Part shown: one piece after another, positions 8,912-20,704 of the stretch
Layout of the letters: every line of letters starts with the position of its first letter
How positions within the stretch are numbered: the stretch's first letter is position 1
DNA from: Flavobacteriaceae bacterium
GTDB taxonomy: Bacteria > Bacteroidota > Bacteroidia > Flavobacteriales > Flavobacteriaceae
Direction of reading: 5' to 3'
NCBI GenBank assembly: GCA_964227255.1
Contig: CAXQVI010000017.1
Location: 5,840 to 69,839 of the forward strand
Length of the DNA stretch: 64,000 nt
The notes under the pieces: model-generated
The model's database searches: none
The model's input: only the letters and a program-made list of their open reading frames with translations
What the model was told of the DNA's origin: nothing
Made by a program: the position numbers and the translations under genes

Positions 8912-10588
8912 ATGGAGTATAAAACCGATATAGAAATAGCTCAGGCAAAAGAGCTTAAACACATCAAATTCATTGCTGAAAAGATTAATTTGAAGGAGGA
9001 CGATTTGGAGATGTATGGAAAATACAAGGCTAAATTACCTCTGGATCTTATCGATGAAGATAAAATAGCACAAAATAACCTTGTTTTAGTAACCGCAATA
9101 ACACCTACCCCAGCCGGAGAAGGTAAGACCACCGTGTCCATCGGTCTTACGGAAGGTATGAATAAAATTGGTAAGAAAACAACTGTAGTTCTAAGAGAGC
9201 CTTCTCTAGGTCCTGTTTTCGGAATTAAAGGTGGAGCCGCTGGAGGTGGTTATTCACAGGTAGTTCCAATGGAAGATATCAACCTGCATTTTACGGGTGA
9301 TTTCAACGCAATTGAAAAGGCGAACAACTTATTAGCCGCCTTAATAGATAACAATCTGCAAAGCAAAGTAAATAACCTAAATATTGATTCTAGAACGATT
9401 TTATGGAAGCGTGTGATTGATATGAACGATCGTTCTTTGCGCGATATTACTATTGGATTGGGAGGAACAGCTAACGGAATTCCACGCCAGGATGGATTCA
9501 ATATTACACCGGCTTCGGAAGTGATGGCAATCTTGTGTATGGCGACGGATTTCGAAGATTTAAAAACGCGTTTAGGTGATATTTTAGTAGGATTCACATT
9601 CGATAAAAGACCTGTTTTTGCACGAGAATTGAAAGCTGAAAATGCGATGGCTATTCTTTTGAAAGATGCCATTAAGCCTAATTTAGTTCAGACTTTAGAA
9701 GAAAATCCTGCGATTATCCACGGTGGGCCATTTGCAAATATTGCACAAGGGACAAATACGATTATTGCAACAAAAATGGGACTTTCATTATCTGATTATG
9801 TGATTACCGAAGCTGGATTTGGAGCTGATTTAGGAGCTGAAAAGTTCTTAGACATCAAATGTGCATCGGCAGGATTGAGTCCGAAGGCAGTGGTACTTGT
9901 TGCTACTGTGAGAGCTTTAAGACATCATGGTGGAGCGCAAAAAGATGAATACAATACTCCAAATTTAGAATATGTTAAAGCGGGTATTTGTAATCTTGAA
10001 AAGCATATTGAAAACACACGTAAATTTAATATTGAACCTGTAGTAGCAATAAATGCTTTTGTGACAGATACTGATGAAGAAATCAGCTTTATAAAAGAAA
10101 CATGCGCGGCTATGGGGGTACAAGCCGTAGTTTCAAAAGGATGGGAACTCGGAGGTGAAGGAACTCAGGATTTAGCGAGAGCGGTTGTTAAAGTTGTTGA
10201 GAATGTTTCGAAAGAATTTAAGCCGTTATACGACTGGAAATCACCAATTGTTGAAAAGATTGAAACGATTGCAAAGGAAGTTTACGGAGCAACACATGTA
10301 ACATTCGATAAAAAGGCGAAACTCAACCTAAGAAGAATTGACCGATTAGGATTTAATGATTTTGCGGTATGTATGGCGAAAACACAGAAATCTTTCTCTG
10401 ATAACGATAAATTAATTGGGCGTCCAGAGAATTTCTCTGTGAATGTTCGTGAGATTGAAATTGCAGCTGGAGCGCGATTCGTGATTCCTATTTTAGGAGC
10501 TATGATGCGTATGCCTGGTTTACCAGGGAAGCCTGCTTCTGAAAACATGAGCATTGATAAAGATGGAGTAATAAGCGGACTATCTTAA
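8912..10588 (+). CDS. fhs: formate--tetrahydrofolate ligase
   Basis: 558 aa with the nucleotide loop PTPAGEGKTT and end-to-end FTHFS family character. Confidence 0.95.
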   Translation: MEYKTDIEIAQAKELKHIKFIAEKINLKEDDLEMYGKYKAKLPLDLIDEDKIAQNNLVLVTAITPTPAGEGKTTVSIGLTEGMNKIGKKTTVVLREPSLGPVFGIKGGAAGGGYSQVVPMEDINLHFTGDFNAIEKANNLLAALIDNNLQSKVNNLNIDSRTILWKRVIDMNDRSLRDITIGLGGTANGIPRQDGFNITPASEVMAILCMATDFEDLKTRLGDILVGFTFDKRPVFARELKAENAMAILLKDAIKPNLVQTLEENPAIIHGGPFANIAQGTNTIIATKMGLSLSDYVITEAGFGADLGAEKFLDIKCASAGLSPKAVVLVATVRALRHHGGAQKDEYNTPNLEYVKAGICNLEKHIENTRKFNIEPVVAINAFVTDTDEEISFIKETCAAMGVQAVVSKGWELGGEGTQDLARAVVKVVENVSKEFKPLYDWKSPIVEKIETIAKEVYGATHVTFDKKAKLNLRRIDRLGFNDFAVCMAKTQKSFSDNDKLIGRPENFSVNVREIEIAAGARFVIPILGAMMRMPGLPGKPASENMSIDKDGVISGLS

Positions 10589-10607
10589 GTCTGATAAAAA
10601 TTAGAAA

Positions 10608-10641
10608 GCGCCTTTTCATTCAGAAAAGGCGCTTTTTTTTT
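10608..10641 (+). terminator. intrinsic terminator after fhs
   Basis: GCGCCTTTT-cattcag-AAAAGGCGC followed by T9. Confidence 0.75.
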
Positions 10642-10692
10642 GCTGTTTCTAAAGAAAATTACTCAACCTCAATTTTTTGTACATTAGTCAAT

Positions 10693-12255
10693 ATGAAACT
10701 AGCTCAACTAAAATTTCAAAGAAGAAAGCTTGAAATTGTACTCTTATTTTTAATCCTGATTGTTGTTTCTTGCTCGGATAAAAAAGAGCTTTCTCTTGCG
10801 GATGAAAAAGATTTTTGCGCAAGTATTCACAGAGACAATTCAACTTCGCTTTCAAAAGAGACAGCAGAACTTACAGAATTAATGAGAGAAAAAACTGGAG
10901 TCTATGTTTTGGAAGATGGTGCAGGTTCAATGGTTGCGAGAGCTTGGCTCACTGAATACGCTGAGAAAACCATCGATATTCAGTATTTTATTTTTTCTAC
11001 AGATAACATAGGGTTGATTGCCTGTGATTACTTGGTGCGCGCTGCGGATCGTGGAATAAAAGTGAGGATAATTGTTGATGACATAATGATTGATGCTGAC
11101 CCTCAGGATTTATTGACCTTTGCCTCTCATGAAAATATTACTGTAAAAGTTTATAACCCCAATGTAAAATTCGGGACCAATATTTTTGAAAAAATTAAGA
11201 ATGCTACCACAGATTTTAGAAGTGTCAATCAGCGAATGCATAACAAAACTTTTATTGTTGATACTAAGATAGTAATAACCGGAGGAAGAAATATTGCAGA
11301 TGAGTATTTTGATTACGATCATGAATATAATTTTAGAGATCGCGATATTTTACTACTTGGGAAAACCGCAGGGGATGTATCTGATTCTTTTGAAACGTAT
11401 TGGAACCATGAATTATGCATAGATGTTGAAGAATTGGTTGAGCCTAAGCCGAATAATATATCAAACGAGGCGAAGTTTGAACGTTTACATGAATATGCGT
11501 GTAATCCGGAAAATTTCTGGCCTCAGGTAAGAGAACGGATTAGTAATCTCCCGGCTGCTTTTAGAGAAATCTCAAATTCAGGAAAACTGGTTTGGTTAGA
11601 CGATATTCAGTTCGTTTCAGATGAACCAGGGAAGAATGAAGGTGATGAAGGGTTAAAAGGGGGAGGAGTTACCACAGATGCTTTAATTGAACTGATTCAG
11701 AATGCTAAGACTTCGATAGATATTCAAACCCCATATTTTATTACAACCGATCTTGGAAAGGGATTGTTTAAGGATGCTGTAGATCGTGGAGTAAAAGTTC
11801 GCATACTAACAAATAGCTTGGCTTCAACAGACAATGTAGAAGCATTCAGTAGTTATCAGTCGGATCGTAAAGAATTACTCGATTTAGGACTAGAGATCTA
11901 TGAATTCAGACCAGACGCCGCAGAGCGCATTCGCATAATGACTGGAGCTCTTCAGCATACATTGGAAAAATATCCAATTTTCGGATTGCATGCAAAATCC
12001 ATGATAGTTGATAATGAAACCACCGTAATCGGAACGTTTAACCTGGATCCGCGTTCCGCAAATTTAAATACAGAATGTGTTGTGATTCTTAAATCAAAAG
12101 AGGTCACTTCAGGTGTAATGAAGGGCTTTGAAATTGAGTTTCAGCCTCAAAATTCCTGGCGTATTACTCATGAATTTAATCCGGATGATAAAGTTTCAAA
12201 AGGGAAAAGAATAAAAACCTGGACCAGAAAGGTTTTACCAAAAGCGATACTTTAA
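10693..12255 (+). CDS. phospholipase D-family lipoprotein (two HKD motifs)
   Basis: Lipobox IVVSC and two HxK(x)4D motifs, HNKTFIVD and HAKSMIVD. Confidence 0.85.
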   Translation: MKLAQLKFQRRKLEIVLLFLILIVVSCSDKKELSLADEKDFCASIHRDNSTSLSKETAELTELMREKTGVYVLEDGAGSMVARAWLTEYAEKTIDIQYFIFSTDNIGLIACDYLVRAADRGIKVRIIVDDIMIDADPQDLLTFASHENITVKVYNPNVKFGTNIFEKIKNATTDFRSVNQRMHNKTFIVDTKIVITGGRNIADEYFDYDHEYNFRDRDILLLGKTAGDVSDSFETYWNHELCIDVEELVEPKPNNISNEAKFERLHEYACNPENFWPQVRERISNLPAAFREISNSGKLVWLDDIQFVSDEPGKNEGDEGLKGGGVTTDALIELIQNAKTSIDIQTPYFITTDLGKGLFKDAVDRGVKVRILTNSLASTDNVEAFSSYQSDRKELLDLGLEIYEFRPDAAERIRIMTGALQHTLEKYPIFGLHAKSMIVDNETTVIGTFNLDPRSANLNTECVVILKSKEVTSGVMKGFEIEFQPQNSWRITHEFNPDDKVSKGKRIKTWTRKVLPKAIL

Positions 12256-12260
12256 TCAGC

Positions 12261-13301
12261 TCACTCTTGTTGTTCGAATGCTTCTATTCTTTTATGCATT
12301 AAATGGAACCACAGAGGGGGTATAAGTGCTAAAAGCATCATCCCGGGATAGCCAGTAATCATTTGCGGACTATTAGGTACATGTTCCAAAATTTGATAGG
12401 GTTTACTCGCTTTAAAATGATGGTCAGAGTGTCTTGATAATTCAAATAACAGTGTTCTGCCAATTACATGATTCGAATTCCAGGAATGTTTAGGAAGTAC
12501 ACGTTCCAATTTGCCATTTTCTTTTAATTTTCGCTGAAGGCCATAATGCTCGATGTAATTTACGGTTTCAAGTAGCAGAATTCCAACATGAGCAGCTAGA
12601 ACGTAATAGAGCAGGACTGTTGGTCCGTAGATATATAAAATTGCAGAGAACAGTACTATTTGACTGATGGTATGGAGTAACATTTTATTTTGAAAAGAAA
12701 TGAATCTTTTATTTTTTTTCTGAAGGATTTGGGTTTGGATCTGCCAGGCCTGCACATAACTTCCAAAATGAGAGCGAAACCAGAACAAGAAAACGGGCTC
12801 GTTGCGTCGGGCAGTCGCCGGATCTTTTTTAGTTCCGACATTATAGTGGTGTCCGCTGTTGTGATACATTCCAAAATGTGATTCCAAAGAAATAAACAAA
12901 AGTAGTTCACCTAAAAAATGTTCAAAATTGTTAGTCCTGTGACTGAGTTCATGTCCGACGTTTATTCCGAATATTCCGCATAAAACACCGAAAGAAGTGA
13001 TGCGTCCAGCGAGTTCAAAAGTAGTTACAGGTTCTCGAATCACCTGAAAGAATTCATACATGAAATACAATTGTACAGGGACAGTCAGGAACAGTAAAAA
13101 GGCGTAAAAACTATCTTTCTTTGCTTTTTTAGTCTCCAGAGCGTTGAAATTGCTGCTGTCTGGTTTGAAAATAAGTTCAACTAGAGGAATGCAGACAAAA
13201 CTAAAAAGAAGTGGAAAAAAGGTCCACCAACCGTTTTGCGTATAAGAAATATAAACGGTAAACGGAATAATAAAGGCGAGTAAATATTTTAGTTTGTGCA
13301 T
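12261..13301 (-). CDS. alkB: alkane 1-monooxygenase / membrane fatty-acid-desaturase family (AlkB-like)
   Basis: Histidine boxes HELSHR, HNSGHH and HSDHH, plus N-terminal TM helices. Confidence 0.8.
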   Translation of the reverse strand: MHKLKYLLAFIIPFTVYISYTQNGWWTFFPLLFSFVCIPLVELIFKPDSSNFNALETKKAKKDSFYAFLLFLTVPVQLYFMYEFFQVIREPVTTFELAGRITSFGVLCGIFGINVGHELSHRTNNFEHFLGELLLFISLESHFGMYHNSGHHYNVGTKKDPATARRNEPVFLFWFRSHFGSYVQAWQIQTQILQKKNKRFISFQNKMLLHTISQIVLFSAILYIYGPTVLLYYVLAAHVGILLLETVNYIEHYGLQRKLKENGKLERVLPKHSWNSNHVIGRTLLFELSRHSDHHFKASKPYQILEHVPNSPQMITGYPGMMLLALIPPLWFHLMHKRIEAFEQQE

Positions 13302-13330
13302 CGATGTTTGATTTGAAACTAAAATAGGAA

Positions 13331-13370
13331 AAAATAAAAAAATCCCTCAAAACGAATGTACTGAGGGATT
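13331..13370 (-). terminator. intrinsic terminator after mdh
   Basis: AATCCCTCA / TGAGGGATT 9-bp stem, followed on the minus strand by TTTTTATTTT. Confidence 0.7.
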
Positions 13371-13391
13371 TAAATTATGTTATAATAGTAC

Positions 13392-14315
13392 TTAGTCTAA
13401 AAGTGCGTTTGTTTTCTTAACACCTTCTGCACTTGTTTGCAATTTTGCTAATTCAGCTTCAGTTAATGGAATTTCAACAATCTCTTCGATTCCATTTTTA
13501 CCAATGATACAAGGAACACCGATTGATAAATCATTCAATCCAAATTCACCTTCTAATAAAGCAGAACATGGGAACATTTTCTTAGAATCTTGAGCAATTG
13601 CTCTTACTAATTCAGAAACAGCAGCTCCTGGCGCATACCAAGCACTAGTTCCTAATAATTTAGTTAAAGTAGCTCCTCCAACTTTCGTTGCTTCTACAAC
13701 TTCAGCCATTCTTTCTTCAGAAATGAAATTAGAAACGGCTACAGAATTACGTGTTGCTTGTCCGATTAATGGAACCATCCCAACATCACTATGTCCACCG
13801 ATTACCATTCCATTGATATCAGAAGAAGGACATTCTAATGCTTCAGCTAATCTGAATTTGAAACGAGCACTGTCTAACGCACCACCCATACCAATAATTC
13901 TGTTCTTTGGCAATCCAGTTGCTTTATGAGTTAAGTAAGTCATTGTATCCATTGGGTTGGAAACCACGATGATGATTACTTCTGGAGAAAACTTGATTAA
14001 ATTTTCAGAAACTGTTTTTACAATACCTGCATTAATTCCAATTAATTCTTCACGAGTCATTCCAGGTTTTCTTGGAATACCAGATGTAATTACTGCTACA
14101 TCAGTACCAGCAGTTTGGGAATAATCATTAGTTACACCAGTAATTTTTGTGTCGAATCCGTTCAAAGATGCACATTGCATTAAGTCCATTGCTTTACCTT
14201 CAGCAAAACCTTCCTTAATGTCTACTAAAACTACTTCCGATGCGAAGTTTTTAATTGCTATGTACTCTGCGCAACTTGCACCAACAGCACCAGCACCTAC
14301 AACTGTTACTTTCAT
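13392..14315 (-). CDS. mdh: malate dehydrogenase (LDH-like type)
   Basis: MKVTVVGAGAVG Rossmann start, IPRKPGMTREEL substrate loop and GGHSD catalytic His region. Confidence 0.95.
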   Translation of the reverse strand: MKVTVVGAGAVGASCAEYIAIKNFASEVVLVDIKEGFAEGKAMDLMQCASLNGFDTKITGVTNDYSQTAGTDVAVITSGIPRKPGMTREELIGINAGIVKTVSENLIKFSPEVIIIVVSNPMDTMTYLTHKATGLPKNRIIGMGGALDSARFKFRLAEALECPSSDINGMVIGGHSDVGMVPLIGQATRNSVAVSNFISEERMAEVVEATKVGGATLTKLLGTSAWYAPGAAVSELVRAIAQDSKKMFPCSALLEGEFGLNDLSIGVPCIIGKNGIEEIVEIPLTEAELAKLQTSAEGVKKTNALLD

Positions 14316-14477
14316 AATATTTAAAGCTTGTTATTTAATATTTAACGAATCAAAAATACAATATTTAAGACGGTTTAGTCTCAATTATATGAGTATTTTA
14401 CGAAACGGTTTTATTTATTTTTTGACTCCGGCGAAGTTACGAAAACAAGGCAGTATTATCAACTAATTGAGAGTAAA

Positions 14478-14507
14478 TAAAAAAGGCTGCAATTCGCAGC
14501 CTTTTTT
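14478..14507. terminator. bidirectional hairpin terminator downstream of gyrB
   Basis: A-run, GGCTGC-aattc-GCAGCC, then T-run. Confidence 0.6.
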
Positions 14508-14526
14508 ATTTGAATTATCATGAAGT

Positions 14527-16479
<1,953 letters not shown>

Positions 16480-16801
16480 TTAGTGTAACAAAACAAATAT
16501 AACCAATAAAAGAGGTGTTAAAATGCATTTTATGAACTTTAGTTAGAAGTTATTAACATTTTAAATAAATTGAAAAAGTCGCTTAAAACGTCTAAAAAGT
16601 TATTTAAAATCGATTTTGATGTTTTTTTCGATTGTTGCAAGTCTTAAGCTGATCATAAATGTCTTATATCGACGATTTGATAAAATTAATTTTTGGAAAT
16701 CGGTCGTAAAAACGTCAAATTAAGGTATTTTTGGCGTGAAAAATTGAGGTAAAAAAATCATCTTTTTATTTCATGTCTTTATAATAATATTATTTTTGCG
16801 G

Positions 16802-18334
16802 ATGCAACACAAAGTCCTAATTTTAGATTTCGGATCGCAATACACTCAGTTGATTGCCCGACGCGTAAGAGAATTGAATGTTTTTTGTGAGATTTTTCCT
16901 TACAATAGTTCAACGTATCAAGTAGAAAATTACAATGCAGTTATTCTTTCAGGAAGTCCGTTTTCAGTAAGAGCGGAAGATTCTCCTCAACCAGACTTAT
17001 CTCAGATTAAAGGTAAATTGCCCTTATTAGGAGTGTGTTTTGGAGCGCAATATATGGCTCAAAATTTCGGAGGAAGTGTAGGTGCTTCAAATACAAGAGA
17101 ATACGGTAGAGCAAATCTTTCTTTTGTGCAATCAGATGAGCCTTTCTTTGAAGGTGTTTCTGAAGGAAGTCAGGTTTGGATGAGTCACAGTGATACCATT
17201 TTGGAATTGCCAGCAGGAGCGGAGCTTATTGGAAGTACTCATGATGTAGTGAACGCTGCGTATAAGTTTACTGATGAAACTACCTATGCGATTCAATTTC
17301 ACCCAGAGGTATACCATTCAAAAGATGGATTGACTATTCTAAAAAATTTCCTGGTAAATATTGCTGGGATCGAGCAGACATGGACGCCAGATTCATTTGT
17401 GGAATCTACGGTGTCTCGCTTACAAGAAAAACTTGGAAACGATAAAGTTGTTTTAGGATTGTCTGGAGGAGTTGATTCAACAGTAGCCGCAGTATTACTG
17501 AGTAAAGCCATAGGAGATAATTTATATTGCATCTTCGTGAATAATGGTTTATTGAGGAAGAATGAGTTTGAAAATGTTCTTGATCAATACAAACATATGG
17601 GCTTGAACGTAAAGGGTGTTGATGCTTCGGCACGTTTCTTGGATGCTTTAAAAGGAGAGTCTGATCCAGAGGGGAAGCGTAAAATTATTGGTCGCGTATT
17701 TATTGAAGTATTCGACGATGAAGCTCATTTGTTAGAAGATGTGAAGTGGTTAGGTCAGGGGACTATCTATCCTGATGTAATTGAATCAGTTTCTGCAACA
17801 GGAGGACCATCAGCAACCATCAAATCACATCACAATGTTGGAGGATTACCTGACTTTATGAAATTGAAAGTCGTTGAACCTTTAAAGATGTTATTTAAAG
17901 ATGAGGTGCGCAGAGTAGGAGCTTCTTTGGGAATTGATGCAGAATTATTGGGGCGCCACCCATTCCCTGGACCAGGATTAGGAATTCGTATCTTAGGAGA
18001 TATTACTGCTGATAAGGTGCGTATGTTACAAGAAGTTGACCATATTTTCGTTAATGGATTGAAGGAAGACGGACTGTACGACGGAGTTTGGCAAGCGGGA
18101 GCAATGTTGCTTCCTGTAAATTCAGTTGGAGTGATGGGAGATGAAAGAACTTATGAAAAAGCTGTTGTTTTAAGAGCTGTAGAATCTACTGATGGAATGA
18201 CGGCAGACTGGGTGAATTTACCCTATGAGTTTTTACAAAAAACTTCAAATAAGATTATTAATAATGTGAAGGGTGTAAACAGAGTCGTGTACGATATCAG
18301 TTCAAAACCACCTGCAACTATTGAATGGGAATAA
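16802..18334 (+). CDS. guaA: GMP synthase (glutamine-hydrolysing)
   Basis: GATase with catalytic Cys (GVCFGAQ), PP-loop SGGVDSTV and C-terminus [10 protein letters not shown] prefer the ATG at 16802 ([14 protein letters not shown]) to the TTG at 16796 used in the ORF track. Confidence 0.95.
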   Translation: MQHKVLILDFGSQYTQLIARRVRELNVFCEIFPYNSSTYQVENYNAVILSGSPFSVRAEDSPQPDLSQIKGKLPLLGVCFGAQYMAQNFGGSVGASNTREYGRANLSFVQSDEPFFEGVSEGSQVWMSHSDTILELPAGAELIGSTHDVVNAAYKFTDETTYAIQFHPEVYHSKDGLTILKNFLVNIAGIEQTWTPDSFVESTVSRLQEKLGNDKVVLGLSGGVDSTVAAVLLSKAIGDNLYCIFVNNGLLRKNEFENVLDQYKHMGLNVKGVDASARFLDALKGESDPEGKRKIIGRVFIEVFDDEAHLLEDVKWLGQGTIYPDVIESVSATGGPSATIKSHHNVGGLPDFMKLKVVEPLKMLFKDEVRRVGASLGIDAELLGRHPFPGPGLGIRILGDITADKVRMLQEVDHIFVNGLKEDGLYDGVWQAGAMLLPVNSVGVMGDERTYEKAVVLRAVESTDGMTADWVNLPYEFLQKTSNKIINNVKGVNRVVYDISSKPPATIEWE

Positions 18335-18356
18335 GCTATTAAATTTCAATAATTAT

Positions 18357-20075
18357 ATGAGAAAAATCTATCTACTTTGTGCTTTTTTATTCATGGTAGC
18401 TATCACTTTTGGACAGCAAAAGAAATTCGTTTCTTATACTGTTCAGAACGGGGAGACAATGAAAAGTATTGCAAAAGATTACGATATGTCGCGTAAGGAT
18501 TTAATGCGTTTGAATCCGGGCGTATCGAAAAAACCAAAGCCAAATACAGTTATCATTGTTCCTAATCTAAACTATGGCAAACAAGAAGTAGTAGATGAAG
18601 TGGTTACTGAAGTAGAAGTGGTGTTGTATGAAGTGAAACCAAAAGAAACTTTATACGGTATTTCAAAAACATACGGATTGACCATTGATGAGCTGATTGC
18701 AGCGAATCCTGAATTAAAAGAAGGATTAAAGATTGGCATGGAAATTAGAATACCTGCGTCTGAAACAGCTGAAGAGAAAATAAAGGAGGATTTCATTTTA
18801 CACGAAGTGGTAAAAGATGATACCGTTTACAATTTAACACGACGTTATAAAGTTTCTGAAGAAAGCTTGATGGCGCTGAATCCTGAGCTTATTGAGGGAT
18901 TGAAATTAGGAATGGTGTTAAAAATGAAGGAAGTAACTCCAGAGATTATTTTGGATGATGCTGTATTTAAGTTTAAAGAACGCTTTGAAGAGAGTGAAGA
19001 TTTGAAGGTTGTTTTTATGCTTCCATATGAGGTTGAAAAGTACAATGATACGACACTTGAACAAAGTTTTAAAACGGCGAATTCCTTGTTGAATATTGCG
19101 ACAGATTTTCATTTGGGGGCTGAGATTGCCATTGATTCATTAAGGAGTAAAGGAGTAAGAGTGAGAGCTGAATATTTGGATACAGAGAACTCTGATTTTA
19201 AATTACAATCGCTGGTTAATACATATGATTTTTCGGATACAGATGTAGTAATCGGACCGTTGTTTTACGAAAAAGCATATTATGTTGCCAATAGAATTGA
19301 TGCTCCTGTTATTGCTCCGTTGTATTCTAGAAAACAAGAAGGTAAGGAGTCTAAGAACCTGATTAAAGTATCACCGGATAAAGATGTTCATGAAGAAGCC
19401 GTGATGTCTTATCTGGAAGATAATTACAACGGAGAGCATATTTTAGTGGTGAACGACGGATTGCCGGAAACCCAAAGTAAATTATGGCGTAATGTGAATA
19501 GAATTAAAAAGTTTGATTCTATCGAGGAATCCAAAATTCAAGTGATAAAACCGGAAAATGGATTTATAGACCGTGAAATTTTTAAAACAAAGATCGATTC
19601 CACAGCGAGTAACTGGGTAATTGTGTTAACAGACAAAGTAGATATAACGGCATCTGCCGTAAATTCCATTAAAAGTATCATGCGTTTCGATATTAAATTA
19701 ATTGCCTTTGATAAGGGAAGAAATTATAATAATGTTGACAATGGATTCTTAGCGCATCTCAATTTCTTATTCGCGACTTCAGAGTTTATGCAAACAGATG
19801 ACAACGCAGGAATTGATGCATTCTACAACGCTTATTACAAAAAAAACAAGGCATATCCAGGGCGGTTTGCGACGAAAGGATTTGATGTGACGTATGATAT
19901 TCTGGCCCGACTCGCGAGTAATAAAAGTTCATTGGATAATGGCTTAGGAGATGGGGTTTCACAACGAGTGCTCGGGAAATACGATTTTGAGAAAAAAGTA
20001 TTTGGACCTACAAAGAACGGAGCTGTTTTCTTAATTGAATACGCAGACGATTTGACTCCGGTTCAGCTGAAGTAA
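18357..20075 (+). CDS. LysM-repeat peptidoglycan-binding protein with periplasmic-binding-protein-like C-terminal domain
   Basis: Signal peptide from the ATG at 18357 (MRKIYLLCAFLFM), three LysM-like repeats (YTVQNGETMKSIAKDY, YEVKPKETLYGISKTY, HEVVKDDTVYNLTRRY), then a type-I PBP-like region. Confidence 0.8.
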   Translation: MRKIYLLCAFLFMVAITFGQQKKFVSYTVQNGETMKSIAKDYDMSRKDLMRLNPGVSKKPKPNTVIIVPNLNYGKQEVVDEVVTEVEVVLYEVKPKETLYGISKTYGLTIDELIAANPELKEGLKIGMEIRIPASETAEEKIKEDFILHEVVKDDTVYNLTRRYKVSEESLMALNPELIEGLKLGMVLKMKEVTPEIILDDAVFKFKERFEESEDLKVVFMLPYEVEKYNDTTLEQSFKTANSLLNIATDFHLGAEIAIDSLRSKGVRVRAEYLDTENSDFKLQSLVNTYDFSDTDVVIGPLFYEKAYYVANRIDAPVIAPLYSRKQEGKESKNLIKVSPDKDVHEEAVMSYLEDNYNGEHILVVNDGLPETQSKLWRNVNRIKKFDSIEESKIQVIKPENGFIDREIFKTKIDSTASNWVIVLTDKVDITASAVNSIKSIMRFDIKLIAFDKGRNYNNVDNGFLAHLNFLFATSEFMQTDDNAGIDAFYNAYYKKNKAYPGRFATKGFDVTYDILARLASNKSSLDNGLGDGVSQRVLGKYDFEKKVFGPTKNGAVFLIEYADDLTPVQLK

Positions 20076-20090
20076 ATGAGATATACATAT

Positions 20091-20127
20091 AAAAAAAGGC
20101 GCAATGAAAATTGCGCCTTTTTTGTTT
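20091..20127. terminator. bidirectional intrinsic terminator
   Basis: A7-GGCGCAAT-gaaa-ATTGCGCC-T6, between convergent genes. Confidence 0.75.
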
Positions 20128-20141
20128 TATAGAGTTAACAA

Positions 20142-20657
20142 TTAGATCTTCTTTAATTGTTGTTTCATCATTGTGATTTGCTCTTTTAATACTCCTTGAG
20201 TATCTAATTTCTTCGCTTCATTGATTAACTGAGTTGCTTCGCGCTTACGTCTTTTAGTCATAGCAATACCACCTAACTGTAATTTTGCCATTGCTAAATC
20301 GTGCTTCATATTCAAACCTAACTCAATGGCTTTTTTGAAGTATTTTTCAGCTTTAGTAATGTTTTGCTGAGAAACTAAAATTCCTTGCAAGAAGTTATAG
20401 TAACCTTCCTGCTTTCGCACCAACGCCGTGTGTGGGTTTTTTATATATGCTAACCATTTAGCGGCACCTGTGAAATTTTGTTTTCTCAATTGCCAAAATG
20501 CTAATAAAATAAATTCGTTTTTGTAGTAGAATAAAATGAAGATTCCAGCAAGTAAAACGAGGGAAATTCCGTTCATAATGTTTCCTTCAACGAATTGATA
20601 AACAGCATAGGCAAAAACACCTGCAGCCAATACTAACTTTATAATTTTATTGTACAT
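20142..20657 (-). CDS. hypothetical membrane protein with TPR-like helical C-terminal half
   Basis: 171 aa with two N-terminal TM helices. The helical repeat-like region contains KAEKYFKKAIELG. No family was recognised with certainty. Confidence 0.45.
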   Translation of the reverse strand: MYNKIIKLVLAAGVFAYAVYQFVEGNIMNGISLVLLAGIFILFYYKNEFILLAFWQLRKQNFTGAAKWLAYIKNPHTALVRKQEGYYNFLQGILVSQQNITKAEKYFKKAIELGLNMKHDLAMAKLQLGGIAMTKRRKREATQLINEAKKLDTQGVLKEQITMMKQQLKKI

Positions 20658-20704
20658 GTTCTTTTTTTAGGAGTGCAAAGTTACAGTTTTACTTACTTTA
20701 TTAC

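Noticed and set aside
12261-13301. AlkB-like alkane hydroxylase without adjacent rubredoxin or rubredoxin reductase, considered as a sign of an unusual hydrocarbon pathway.
   Set aside because: Lone alkB-like desaturase-family genes are, to my recollection, common in marine Flavobacteriia. Nothing in the sequence context suggests a dedicated pathway.
16796-16801. N-terminal extensions in the ORF track that begin at TTG or at distant ATG codons (guaA 16796, LysM 18321, ccsBA 23854, hutU 39910, pyrF 44552, tpiA 45707, prmA 46613, clpS 47475, CBM48 48040, BlaI-2 52116, antiporter 52109).
   Set aside because: In each case a downstream ATG gives the canonical family N-terminus or signal peptide. 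The extension also overlaps the upstream gene or contains the promoter box.
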